DNA of 7,295 nucleotides from Caedimonas varicaedens (GCA_001192655.1 BBVC01000038.1:1-7295), one strand, 5' to 3'; positions 1 to 7,073 are shown, counted from the stretch's first letter. Notes: generated by a model from the sequence alone, not told the origin. Numbers and translations: made by a program.

Positions 1-1
1 C

Positions 2-652
2 TCCGGCGCTAACAGAGGTACAACTTATCACGGAAACGAGGAAAACGCGGAACAATTCAAGCGTACTCATGGACTTGAAGTTTTCAGGTGGGATGTGGGA
101 GATTACGAAGCCTGTCAACAGGGAATACAACGAGTACGAGAACGTTTGGGCGAGATTGATATTCTGGTTAATAATGCCGGGATTACCAAAGATGTCATGC
201 TTCATAAAGCTACTCCTGAAGATTGGAGAGCAGTTATCCATACAAACCTTATATCCTGTTTTAATATGTCTCGCCTGGTTATTGAAGGGATGCGCGAGAG
301 AAACTTTGGCCGTATTATTAATATTTCCTCAATCAATGCGCAAAGGGGGCAAGCAGGCCAAACAAATTATTGTGCAGCCAAAGCGGGTATCCTCGGCTTT
401 ACAAAAGCGTTAGCACTTGAGTGTGGGCGTAAAGGAATTACTGTGAATGCGATCTGTCCCGGCTATATTAATACTGAGATGGTTCAATCCATCTCGCCAG
501 ATATCCTCAACAAAATTATTCAACAAATTCCGGTAGGTCGCTTGGGAGAAACCCATGAAATTGCGCGGGGCGTTACTTTCCTGGCATCAGATGACGCAGG
601 TTTTATTACCGGATCTACCCTCAGCCTCAACGGCGGACATGTTATGATTTAA
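2..652 (+). CDS. phaB: Acetoacetyl-CoA reductase-like short-chain dehydrogenase/reductase (PhaB/FabG family); the 5' end lies outside the window
   Basis: Frame 2 is open from nt 2 to the TAA at 650-652, so the listed ORF 95..652 merely starts at an internal GTG. The translation shows SDR hallmarks: [12 protein letters not shown] followed by the catalytic Y-x3-K (NYCAAK), and [10 protein letters not shown]. The tail [28 protein letters not shown] closely resembles alphaproteobacterial PhaB as I recall it. The N-terminal Rossmann TGxxxGIG motif is missing because the window truncates the gene. Assigning PhaB rather than generic FabG is an inference. Confidence 0.8.
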   Translation, partial: SGANRGTTYHGNEENAEQFKRTHGLEVFRWDVGDYEACQQGIQRVRERLGEIDILVNNAGITKDVMLHKATPEDWRAVIHTNLISCFNMSRLVIEGMRERNFGRIINISSINAQRGQAGQTNYCAAKAGILGFTKALALECGRKGITVNAICPGYINTEMVQSISPDILNKIIQQIPVGRLGETHEIARGVTFLASDDAGFITGSTLSLNGGHVMI

Positions 653-939
653 GCTTGAAAAATTTGCCCCATTTCTGGAAGGTTATATGTTCGTGAACGG
701 TGGGGGAATGGGTATGGATCCATGCCTTCAGATACAGGCGTGGCACAACTGGCGATCGGTTTAGGAGAGTTTTCCATTTCGTCCAGACACATGCGGCAGT
801 TTTCTTCAATGACCAAACAAGGATGGTAGAAAAAAACAGGTTCAATCAAGCTGTTGTGCTGCCTGCAAAATAGTGGTTCCTTGAGGGAATCAATCTTTGA
901 AACGGAATAACTCCTTCGATCGTAGGTGACGCGGTTCAC
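642..939 (-). pseudogene. nuoG: Degraded N-terminal relic of NADH-quinone oxidoreductase subunit G (nuoG); frameshifted and truncated after ~95 codons
   Basis: Minus-strand ORF 649..939 starts at GTG 939-937. It reads ..[42 protein letters not shown].., matching the conserved NuoG/75-kDa subunit N-terminus (..IP.FCYH..L...GNCRMCLVE.E.SPKP.ASCA.PV..GM.IHT..). The Cys of FCYH is Phe here (codon ttc at 831-829). After GM (ATG at 723-721) the expected IHT motif continues in a different frame (atc cat acc at 719-711, ORF 642..845), which implies a frameshift near nt 720. Both frames stop at 642-651, against ~690 aa for an intact NuoG. The relic sits in the canonical position and orientation downstream of nuoF. 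Confidence 0.75.
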
Positions 940-976
940 GAAATACTCTCGCTTTATCTGGAAAAGTCACGCCTGA

Positions 977-2383
977 CTAATCTTTCTTAAGATGAACTTT
1001 GAAGTCTATAATTTTTACCTTTTGTTGAGCTAAAAAATCATTATACAATATTTCAGACACAGTCCTAAGTTGAACATCTTCTGGGTCCATATTACTATCT
1101 GCCCTATCGAAAGAAAAACCTTGTTTCTGGAACCAAAGCCACGAGTAAAAATTAAATATTTTTTCATCACCCCCTTTATTGAGCCAATGAATTAAACTAA
1201 ATCCAGAACTTTTACATCCTGATTTCTGCTCTATTTTCTTGTAACATTCATTAAAGACCGTCTTAAATGCTGGCTTTAAAGTAGGATGAGTTTTAATGTC
1301 ATACAAAGTTAATAATTGAGGTTCTTCAATTTGAGCCACTACTTTAGGAAGAAGTCTATGAGTGACAGGTAAGGTTTCCTTTTTTTCTTCAGGAATTGCT
1401 GAAATAAAAGAACTAAAATCAAAAGGCTTAAATTCCAAAGACTTATTTGGTATTAGTTTGGACTCTCCACTTCTTTGGGCAGAAAACTTTTTAAAAGCTT
1501 TGAGACCCACGTCTTGGTAAGTACTAAACACATGCGCTTCCCAAGAATCAATTGTTATAGGTACACCAATATCAAGAGATGCTTGAGCAACTACGGACAA
1601 AAGGTTGCCCCAAGGATTCGAAAGCACATTTCGAAGTTCTTTATCCATCCGTGTAAAAGCAAGTGTCTTTACCCTGGACTTATAATCTGGGGAGTCGCAA
1701 GCAGAAAATTCAACTTTAGTGCCTACAGGATAAAAACCCAGCCTTCTCTCAAAAAAATAAGCAATATCATCTTCCGCAACCATAAAATTAAAGTGATTTT
1801 TAAACCCTACCTTAACGGCATAATAAAAAGCTGCAGTGCTATCAAAGATTGCTGACGCTCCATAAGTAAAGACATTCATTTTCTCACTATTTGTTTCTTC
1901 ATATATTTTAAGAGCGATCAGATTAGCCAATGATCCCCCACGACTATACCCCTCAACAGTGATATCGTAATCCTTTAGATCTTTGCCCTGTTTTTTCGCA
2001 TATTGTAGAAGGTATTTATAAACAAGATTACTAATCCCCTGGAATGTTTCATAATATCCTCTATGTATGTTCCCCTCCAGTAATCTAAAATCTTTTTTAC
2101 TCGATACTGTACTTTTGTCCAGGGTTTGTAATGCTTCGTCAAGGTTGTCAGCACCTCGAAAGCTAATAATAATCCCATTAGCATTTTGAAAATTAAAACT
2201 TCCTATAGGAATTACCTTGCCTTGAACGATTTCATAAATGGGATCATTACCATAATTGTCATTAGATAATGCAAAGAGACGTTGTGTACTTTGCTTGATT
2301 TCTTCTTCTAAAGGAGACAAACTACCTAATACGGGAAAATTCAAAAATGTTAGAAGAATGAAAAAACTAAACAGACGCAACAT
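977..2383 (-). CDS. Predicted secreted class-3-lipase-like alpha/beta-hydrolase with an uncharacterised C-terminal domain (468 aa)
   Basis: This is a long uninterrupted ORF in AT-rich DNA. The ATG at 2383-2381 is preceded by AAGGG with a 7-nt spacer. The N-terminus MLRLFSFFILLTFLNFPVLG/SLSP looks like a Sec signal peptide (a basic residue, a hydrophobic core, then a small residue at -1). Lipase_3-type blocks appear in order: IIISFRGA (the AFRGT-like strand), IHRGYYETF (the VHxGF-like block), the nucleophile elbow ITVEGYSRGGSLANLIAL (Ser147, codon 1945-1943), VFTYGASA, MVAEDDIAYF (Asp206, codon 1768-1766) and WEAHVFSTY (His284, codon 1534-1532). Residues ~296-468 match no family I recognise. 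The function is inferred from motifs only. Confidence 0.8.
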   Translation of the reverse strand: MLRLFSFFILLTFLNFPVLGSLSPLEEEIKQSTQRLFALSNDNYGNDPIYEIVQGKVIPIGSFNFQNANGIIISFRGADNLDEALQTLDKSTVSSKKDFRLLEGNIHRGYYETFQGISNLVYKYLLQYAKKQGKDLKDYDITVEGYSRGGSLANLIALKIYEETNSEKMNVFTYGASAIFDSTAAFYYAVKVGFKNHFNFMVAEDDIAYFFERRLGFYPVGTKVEFSACDSPDYKSRVKTLAFTRMDKELRNVLSNPWGNLLSVVAQASLDIGVPITIDSWEAHVFSTYQDVGLKAFKKFSAQRSGESKLIPNKSLEFKPFDFSSFISAIPEEKKETLPVTHRLLPKVVAQIEEPQLLTLYDIKTHPTLKPAFKTVFNECYKKIEQKSGCKSSGFSLIHWLNKGGDEKIFNFYSWLWFQKQGFSFDRADSNMDPEDVQLRTVSEILYNDFLAQQKVKIIDFKVHLKKD

Positions 2384-2411
2384 AGAAATACCCTTTAGTT
2401 AATATACATTT

Positions 2412-2446
2412 ATTATGAATGATATACGTTTTTTGCAGTATTTCAA
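2412..2446 (-). promoter_or_regulatory. Candidate sigma70-like promoter for the lipase-like gene (TTGAAA-16 nt-TATCAT)
   Basis: On the minus strand, TTGAAA lies at 2446-2441, followed by a 16-nt spacer and TATCAT at 2424-2419. This sits inside the 120-nt AT-rich nuoF-lipase spacer, about 35 nt upstream of the ATG at 2383. Hexamers like these arise easily by chance in AT-rich DNA, and alphaproteobacterial promoters are poorly defined. Confidence 0.3.
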
Positions 2447-2503
2447 GTGACGTTTTTTTGTTATTATGACGTTATATTGAGCATAAGCTCTTTATTGTTG
2501 CAT

Positions 2504-3769
2504 TTATAAATATTTCTTTTGCCGTCGTTCGATTTCGGGTCTGAAGTGTCGTATCAACCCCTGAACAGGCCAAGCCGCCGCATCGCCCAAAGCGCAGATA
2601 GTATGTCCCTCAATCTGATGAGTGACATCCAAAAGCCTGTCAATGTCATCGATAGCACCTTCTCCCGCTGATAGTTTCGTCAGCATTCGCCACATCCATC
2701 CGGTTCCCTCACGACAAGGCGTACATTGACCACAGCTTTCATGCATATAAAACTTTGCAAGGCGTGCAATCGTTGCCACAATATCCGTGGATTTATCCAT
2801 GACGATAATTCCCGCTGTGCCCAATCCGCTGGCGTGTGCCTGAAGGGATTCATAGTCCATGGTGACAGTATCACAGACCTCTTTGGGAATAAGGGGGACA
2901 GAAGAGCCACCCGGAATCACGGCCAGCAAATTATCCCAACCACCCCGCACTCCGCCGGCATGGGTTTCAATCAGGGTTCTGAGCGGAATACCTAAAGCTT
3001 CTTCTACATTACAAGGTTTATTCACATGCCCAGAAATACAAAAGATTTTACTTCCCGTACTCTGGGGGGTTCCAAGGCTGGCAAACCATTCCGCACCGCG
3101 TCTGAGAATAGTCGGTACAACAGCAATGGTTTCAACGTTATTAATGATAGTCGGACAGCCATAAAGTCCCATAATGGCAGGATAGGGTGGCTTCAGACGC
3201 GGCATTCCTTTGCGTCCTTCCAGACTTTCCAACAAAGCTGTCTCTTCACCGCAAATATAGGCACCTGCTCCTCGATGAACATAAAGATCAAAATCCCATC
3301 CCGATGCTGCAGCATTTTTCCCCAAAAGCCCTGCTTCATAAGCTTCATCGATGGCTTTTTGAAGATGTTCGGCTTCTCGATAAAATTCGCCCCGAATATA
3401 AATATAGGCACAATGAGCATGAACAGTAAAACCCGTCAATAAGGCGCCTTCAATCAGTTTATGGGGTTCATAGAGCAAAACGTCGCGGTCTTTGCAGGTT
3501 CCGGGTTCGCTTTCATCGGCATTGATGACAAGATAGTGGGGAAGTGAACCGGGTTTGGGAAGGAAAGACCATTTCTTGCCGGTAGGAAAGCCTGCCCCCC
3601 CTCGTCCTCTCAAGCCTGATTTAATTATTTCCTGAAGAATACCTTCATGGCTTTTTTGTTGAATAAACTCACCTGTCTGTGTCCAATCTCCCCGCGCGCG
3701 CGCGCGCTTCAATCTCCAGTCCTGTTGGCCATAAAGATTCGTAAAAATTTTGTCTTTCTCTTCAAGCAT
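2504..3769 (-). CDS. nuoF: NADH-quinone oxidoreductase subunit F (51-kDa homolog; NADH/FMN-binding, N3 4Fe-4S)
   Basis: The product is 421 aa. It has the glycine-rich NADH/FMN motif [18 protein letters not shown], then [17 protein letters not shown], and the N3 cluster motif [12 protein letters not shown]. The ATG at 3769-3767 overlaps the nuoE stop codon (TGA 3771-3769) by 1 nt. Gene order matches nuoE-nuoF. Confidence 0.97.
   Translation of the reverse strand: MLEEKDKIFTNLYGQQDWRLKRARARGDWTQTGEFIQQKSHEGILQEIIKSGLRGRGGAGFPTGKKWSFLPKPGSLPHYLVINADESEPGTCKDRDVLLYEPHKLIEGALLTGFTVHAHCAYIYIRGEFYREAEHLQKAIDEAYEAGLLGKNAAASGWDFDLYVHRGAGAYICGEETALLESLEGRKGMPRLKPPYPAIMGLYGCPTIINNVETIAVVPTILRRGAEWFASLGTPQSTGSKIFCISGHVNKPCNVEEALGIPLRTLIETHAGGVRGGWDNLLAVIPGGSSVPLIPKEVCDTVTMDYESLQAHASGLGTAGIIVMDKSTDIVATIARLAKFYMHESCGQCTPCREGTGWMWRMLTKLSAGEGAIDDIDRLLDVTHQIEGHTICALGDAAAWPVQGLIRHFRPEIERRQKKYL
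3693..3707. repeat. Alternating (CG)7 dinucleotide tract inside nuoF coding sequence
   Basis: Read directly from the sequence: cgcgcgcgcgcgcgc at 3693-3707. On the minus strand it encodes the RARAR part of ..[10 protein letters not shown].. near the NuoF N-terminus. Confidence 0.9.
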
Positions 3770-4368
3770 CAGGAAGGTGGTTCCTTTTTTGACTTATGAA
3801 TATTTTTCGATCCCCTTTCAGGAGCAGACCCCTGCCGCCCAATCTGGGAACCCGGATTGACTTTTTTTCCTGCTTTAAGCGCCAAAAGAATTTCTGTGAT
3901 CCGAGCTGCATCCAGATCTTCGTAATAATCATCATTAATCTGTACCATCGGAGCATTAACGCAGGCCGCCAAACACTCTACCTCACAAACAGAAAAAAAA
4001 TTGTCCTCATTTCCTTGTTGTATAAAGTCATGACAGATCTTTAGAATATCCTGCGCCCCTCTGAGCTGACAGGAAGTTGTCGTGCAGACCTGAATGAAAT
4101 ATTTCCCTACAGGAGAAAGATTGAACATCGAATAAAAAGTCGCGACTTCATACACCTGCATGAAAGAAAGCTTCAGGTAATCAGCAACATATTCAATCGC
4201 TTCGCGGGGTAGCCAACCGCTTGCCTGGCGCTGTGCCAGGTCAAGAAGGGGAACCAGAGCGCTTGCTTGGCGTCCTTGAGGATAACGGGCTATAAGGATT
4301 TCTGCTTTCTGGAGATTCTCCCGTGTAAAATTAAAGGGTTTTCCCTGAGACGTCAGCTGTTTTTTCAC
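3769..4368 (-). CDS. nuoE: NADH-quinone oxidoreductase subunit E (24-kDa homolog; 2Fe-2S N1a)
   Basis: The product is 199 aa. Conserved blocks are [39 protein letters not shown] and [22 protein letters not shown], giving the C-x4-C ... C-x3-C 2Fe-2S pattern. The start is GTG 4368-4366, which overlaps the nuoD stop TGA 4367-4365 (GTGA). GGAG lies about 10 nt upstream. Confidence 0.95.
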   Translation of the reverse strand: MKKQLTSQGKPFNFTRENLQKAEILIARYPQGRQASALVPLLDLAQRQASGWLPREAIEYVADYLKLSFMQVYEVATFYSMFNLSPVGKYFIQVCTTTSCQLRGAQDILKICHDFIQQGNEDNFFSVCEVECLAACVNAPMVQINDDYYEDLDAARITEILLALKAGKKVNPGSQIGRQGSAPERGSKNIHKSKKEPPS

Positions 4369-5546
4369 CGGTCGATCTCTCCAAACACAATATCCATTGA
4401 GCCAATGATGGCCGTTGCGTCCGCAAGCATGTGTCCCTTTGACATAAAATCCATCCCCTGTAAAAAAGCAAAACTGGGGGGGCGGATCTTGCAGCGATAA
4501 GGTCTGTTCGTGCCATCCGAGATAAGGTAAACCCCGAATTCTCCTTTGGGTGCTTCTACGCAGACATAGGTTTCCCCTGCGGGGACATGATAGCCTTCGG
4601 TGTAAAACTTAAAGTGATGGATCAGCGCTTCCATGGATTCTTTCATCTCTGCACGAGGCGGAGGAGCAACCTTGCGGTTTTCTGTTATGACAGGACCGTT
4701 TGGCATTTTCTCAAGGCATTGCATAATAATAGAAACACTCTCGCGCATCTCTGCCATCCGCACAAGGTAACGATCATAACAATCGCCATTTTTCCCTGTA
4801 GGAATCAGAAAGTTCATCTGGTTGTACACATCATAGGGCTGAGACCGCCTTAAATCCCAAGGAATTCCTGATGCGCGCAGCATGGGGCCCGTAAATCCCC
4901 AGTCAAGCGCTTGTTCAGCACTGACGATCCCAATATCGACCGTACGCTGCTTAAAAATGCGATTATCTGTCAAAAGATTTTCCATGTCATCCAGGTGCTT
5001 GGGAAACCTGGTGAAAAAGGTATAAATATCTTCAGTAAGCCCTGCAGGTATATCCTGATGGACGCCACCAGGACGAAAATAATTGGCATGAAGACGCGCA
5101 CCGCAAACTCTTTCGTAAAACTCCATCAAACATTCGCGATCTTCAAAGCCCCATAAAAAAGGCGTCATTGCGCCACAATCCAGAGCAAACGTTGTGACAT
5201 TTAACAAATGATTTAAAATGCGCGTAATTTCTGAAAAGAGGACACGAATATATTGTCCACGAAGGGGAACGTCCAGACCAAGAAGCCGCTCAACAGCAAG
5301 AGCAAAAGCATGCTCTTGACACATGGGGGACACATAATCGAGCCGATCAAAATAGGGAAGCGCCTGAAGATAGGTTTTATGTTCAATGAGTTTTTCTGTG
5401 CCACGATGTAGAAACCCTATATGAGGATCCGCACGTGTGATCGTCTCGCCCTCCATCTGTAAAATCAGACGGAGTACTCCATGTGCCGCAGGATGTTGAG
5501 GACCAAAATTAATGGTGTAGCTTGTATTCTCTTCATTGCTGCTCAT
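4365..5546 (-). CDS. nuoD: NADH-quinone oxidoreductase subunit D (49-kDa homolog)
   Basis: The product is 393 aa. The N-terminus is [15 protein letters not shown], followed by [14 protein letters not shown], and the C-terminus is [14 protein letters not shown]. All three are typical of alphaproteobacterial and mitochondrial NuoD. The ATG at 5546-5544 overlaps the nuoC stop TGA 5545-5543 (ATGA). Confidence 0.97.
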   Translation of the reverse strand: MSSNEENTSYTINFGPQHPAAHGVLRLILQMEGETITRADPHIGFLHRGTEKLIEHKTYLQALPYFDRLDYVSPMCQEHAFALAVERLLGLDVPLRGQYIRVLFSEITRILNHLLNVTTFALDCGAMTPFLWGFEDRECLMEFYERVCGARLHANYFRPGGVHQDIPAGLTEDIYTFFTRFPKHLDDMENLLTDNRIFKQRTVDIGIVSAEQALDWGFTGPMLRASGIPWDLRRSQPYDVYNQMNFLIPTGKNGDCYDRYLVRMAEMRESVSIIMQCLEKMPNGPVITENRKVAPPPRAEMKESMEALIHHFKFYTEGYHVPAGETYVCVEAPKGEFGVYLISDGTNRPYRCKIRPPSFAFLQGMDFMSKGHMLADATAIIGSMDIVFGEIDR

Positions 5547-6160
5547 GGTTTATCTTCCCTATTTCCTGTAGCTTTCTCATCTCCTGGCAAAAGGGGTGTT
5601 ATGCCTTCCCAGGGACTCAGGAAATCAAAATTGCGATAGGCTTGAGGAAGCTGCACATCTTCATAAACGACGCGTTTTCTCTCATCATCATAACGAACTT
5701 CCACATAGCCCGTGAGCGGAAAGTCTTTTCTCAGGGGATGTCCCTCAAACCCATAATCGGTCAGTAGGCGCCGCAAATCAGGATGTCCTTCAAAATGAAT
5801 GCCAAATAAATCCCAGGCTTCTCGCTCCCACCAGTTAGCTGCGCTATAAACAGCTGTTGCGGAAGGGACAGGAGAATTTTCATCTGTATAAACCTTAAGA
5901 CGAAGGCGACGATTATATTTTACACTCAGAAGATGGTAGACAACTTCAAATCGCTGTTCACGCTCGGGATAATCAACACCGCAAAGATCAATCAATTGTT
6001 TAAAAAGGTAATCCCCATGGTCACGCAGATAAGTCAGCACTTTTGTAATGGATTCCCGTTGAATAACGAGCGTTAACTCTTCCTGCCAAAGCTGGTGAGA
6101 CAGATAGTCATCTCCAAAAGTTTCCGCAAGTTTGGCGGCTATTTCCTGAAGAGATACCAC
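5543..6160 (-). CDS. nuoC: NADH-quinone oxidoreductase subunit C (30-kDa homolog)
   Basis: Conserved NuoC blocks are present: [44 protein letters not shown] and [13 protein letters not shown]. The listed 252-aa ORF (to 6301) would overlap nuoB by 139 nt, and its first ~46 aa show no NuoC similarity. I place the start at GTG 6160-6158, immediately after the nuoB stop (TAG 6165-6163), with AGGA about 10 nt upstream. That gives ~205 aa, the usual NuoC size. The stop and the identity are firm; the start is an inference. Confidence 0.93.
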   Translation of the reverse strand: MVSLQEIAAKLAETFGDDYLSHQLWQEELTLVIQRESITKVLTYLRDHGDYLFKQLIDLCGVDYPEREQRFEVVYHLLSVKYNRRLRLKVYTDENSPVPSATAVYSAANWWEREAWDLFGIHFEGHPDLRRLLTDYGFEGHPLRKDFPLTGYVEVRYDDERKRVVYEDVQLPQAYRNFDFLSPWEGITPLLPGDEKATGNREDKP

Positions 6161-6162
6161 AA

Positions 6163-6738
6163 CTATGTTTCCTGTGATGGTCGCACGAAAGTCTTGCGTC
6201 CACGAATTTTTTGTTGAAGCTGAAGAATGCCGTAAAGAAGAGCTTCTGCAGTCGGCGGACATCCAGGAACATAAATATCCACGGGAATAATTCGATCGCA
6301 TCCTCTGACAACAGAATAAGAATAGTGATAATAGCCTCCCCCATTGGCGCAGGATCCCATAGAAATAACCCAGCGAGGTTCTGGCATTTGATCATAAACT
6401 TTGCGAAGTGCTGGCGCCATTTTGTTGGTCAGGGTTCCTGCCACAATCATCACATCAGATTGTCGCGGACTGGGTCTGAACACAAGACCAAAACGATCAA
6501 TATCGTATCGACTGGCAGCAGTTTGCATCATTTCAATGGCACAGCATGCCAATCCAAAAGTCATTGGCCAAAGAGAACCTGCTTGAGCCCAATGCACCAA
6601 TTTATCCACCTGAGTCAAAATATATCCGCGATCGGTGGCACTTTCATAAAGAGAACGCGCTAAATCATTTTCGTTGATATTCTCAGACGGCATAGAGGAT
6701 GGCGTTATTACTCCCACTCCAAAGCCCCTTTTTTCCAT
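6163..6738 (-). CDS. nuoB: NADH-quinone oxidoreductase subunit B (PSST homolog; N2 4Fe-4S)
   Basis: Conserved blocks are [57 protein letters not shown] and VPGCPPT, which together hold the N2 cluster cysteines. The start is ambiguous. ATG 6738 gives the longest ORF but overlaps nuoA by 31 nt. GTG 6717 has AAGGGG 7 nt upstream. ATG 6693 lies 14 nt after the nuoA stop and gives ~176 aa, like the Rickettsia-type NuoB I recall. The coordinates given are the longest ORF. Confidence 0.95.
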   Translation of the reverse strand: MEKRGFGVGVITPSSMPSENINENDLARSLYESATDRGYILTQVDKLVHWAQAGSLWPMTFGLACCAIEMMQTAASRYDIDRFGLVFRPSPRQSDVMIVAGTLTNKMAPALRKVYDQMPEPRWVISMGSCANGGGYYHYSYSVVRGCDRIIPVDIYVPGCPPTAEALLYGILQLQQKIRGRKTFVRPSQET

Positions 6739-7073
6739 TCATAAATAAACCCAACCGTTAAAATACCCAGGAATATCATCATCGCCCAAAATCCTGAGGT
6801 CCCGATTTCCCGTAAACTAATAGCCCAGGGAAAAAGAAAAGCAACTTCCAAATCAAAGATAATAAAAAGAATGGCAATGAGGTAAAAACGCACATCGAAT
6901 TTTATTCGAGCATCTGAGAACGCTTCAAAACCGCATTCATAAGAAGAAAGTTTTTCTGCATCAGGTTTAAGGGGGGCGCGAAGATAGGAAAGCAAGACAA
7001 TAAATGAGGATAACCCCACAGCAATGCCCATAAAAATAAAAATAGGCAGATAATCTTTTAGGATGACAGACAC
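6708..7073 (-). CDS. nuoA: NADH-quinone oxidoreductase subunit A
   Basis: Conserved blocks are [12 protein letters not shown].., [41 protein letters not shown] and [13 protein letters not shown]. The listed 158-aa ORF starts at TTG 7184, and an in-frame ATG lies at 7160. Homologs I recall are ~120-125 aa and begin a few residues before the (E/D)YLPI motif. GTG 7073-7071 gives 121 aa, so I use it. The start is uncertain and 7160 or 7184 remain possible; the stop TAA 6710-6708 is firm. Confidence 0.9.
   Translation of the reverse strand: MSVILKDYLPIFIFMGIAVGLSSFIVLLSYLRAPLKPDAEKLSSYECGFEAFSDARIKFDVRFYLIAILFIIFDLEVAFLFPWAISLREIGTSGFWAMMIFLGILTVGFIYEWKKGALEWE

Noticed and set aside
69-413. 114-aa plus-strand ORF overlapping the phaB-like gene in another frame
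   Set aside because: It lies entirely within the well-supported SDR reading frame and has no recognisable motifs. It is most simply an out-of-frame shadow ORF.
667-712. Possible hairpin (CCCATT ... AATGGG) after the phaB stop as a terminator
   Set aside because: The stem is only 6 bp, the loop is ~33 nt and there is no T-run. It is not a credible intrinsic terminator.
940-946. The 7-mer GAAATAC occurs at 940-946 and again at 2385-2391, flanking the lipase-like gene, and could be a target-site duplication
   Set aside because: A single 7-nt AT-rich match in 7.3 kb is expected by chance. There are no terminal inverted repeats, no transposase or integrase and no att-like structure. The evidence is not enough to call a mobile element.
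1475-1855. 126-aa plus-strand ORF antisense to the lipase-like gene
   Set aside because: The sequence is K/I/F/R-rich and low in complexity, typical of the antisense of an AT-rich gene. It has no SD or motif support, and the opposite strand carries a coherent 468-aa ORF with ordered catalytic motifs.
2726-3442. Cluster of plus-strand ORFs (80-138 aa) antisense to nuoF, plus short minus-strand out-of-frame ORFs at 2680..2910 and 3193..3420
   Set aside because: All are nested in the unambiguous nuoF frame and have no motifs. These are typical shadow ORFs of a moderately GC-rich conserved gene.
3762-4516. Short ORFs at 3762..3956 (-), 3796..4044 (+), 4267..4500 (+) and 4331..4516 (-)
   Set aside because: All are out-of-frame or antisense overlaps of nuoE and nuoD, and none has independent support.
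4587-5767. ORFs at 4587..4853 (+), 4911..5156 (+), 5213..5404 (-) and 5522..5767 (+) within or antisense to nuoD and nuoC
   Set aside because: These are shadow ORFs inside strongly conserved complex I genes. They have no motifs and no plausible translation-initiation context.
6161-6301. N-terminal 47 codons of the listed 252-aa nuoC ORF
   Set aside because: This extension would overlap nuoB by 139 nt. It is Ser/Arg-rich with no NuoC similarity. A GTG with an upstream AGGA right after the nuoB stop gives the canonical ~205-aa NuoC.
6211-6663. 150-aa plus-strand ORF antisense to nuoB, and the 95-aa minus-strand ORF at 6108..6395
   Set aside because: Both are nested in nuoB/nuoC coding sequence, have no recognisable domain and overlap highly conserved complex I genes.
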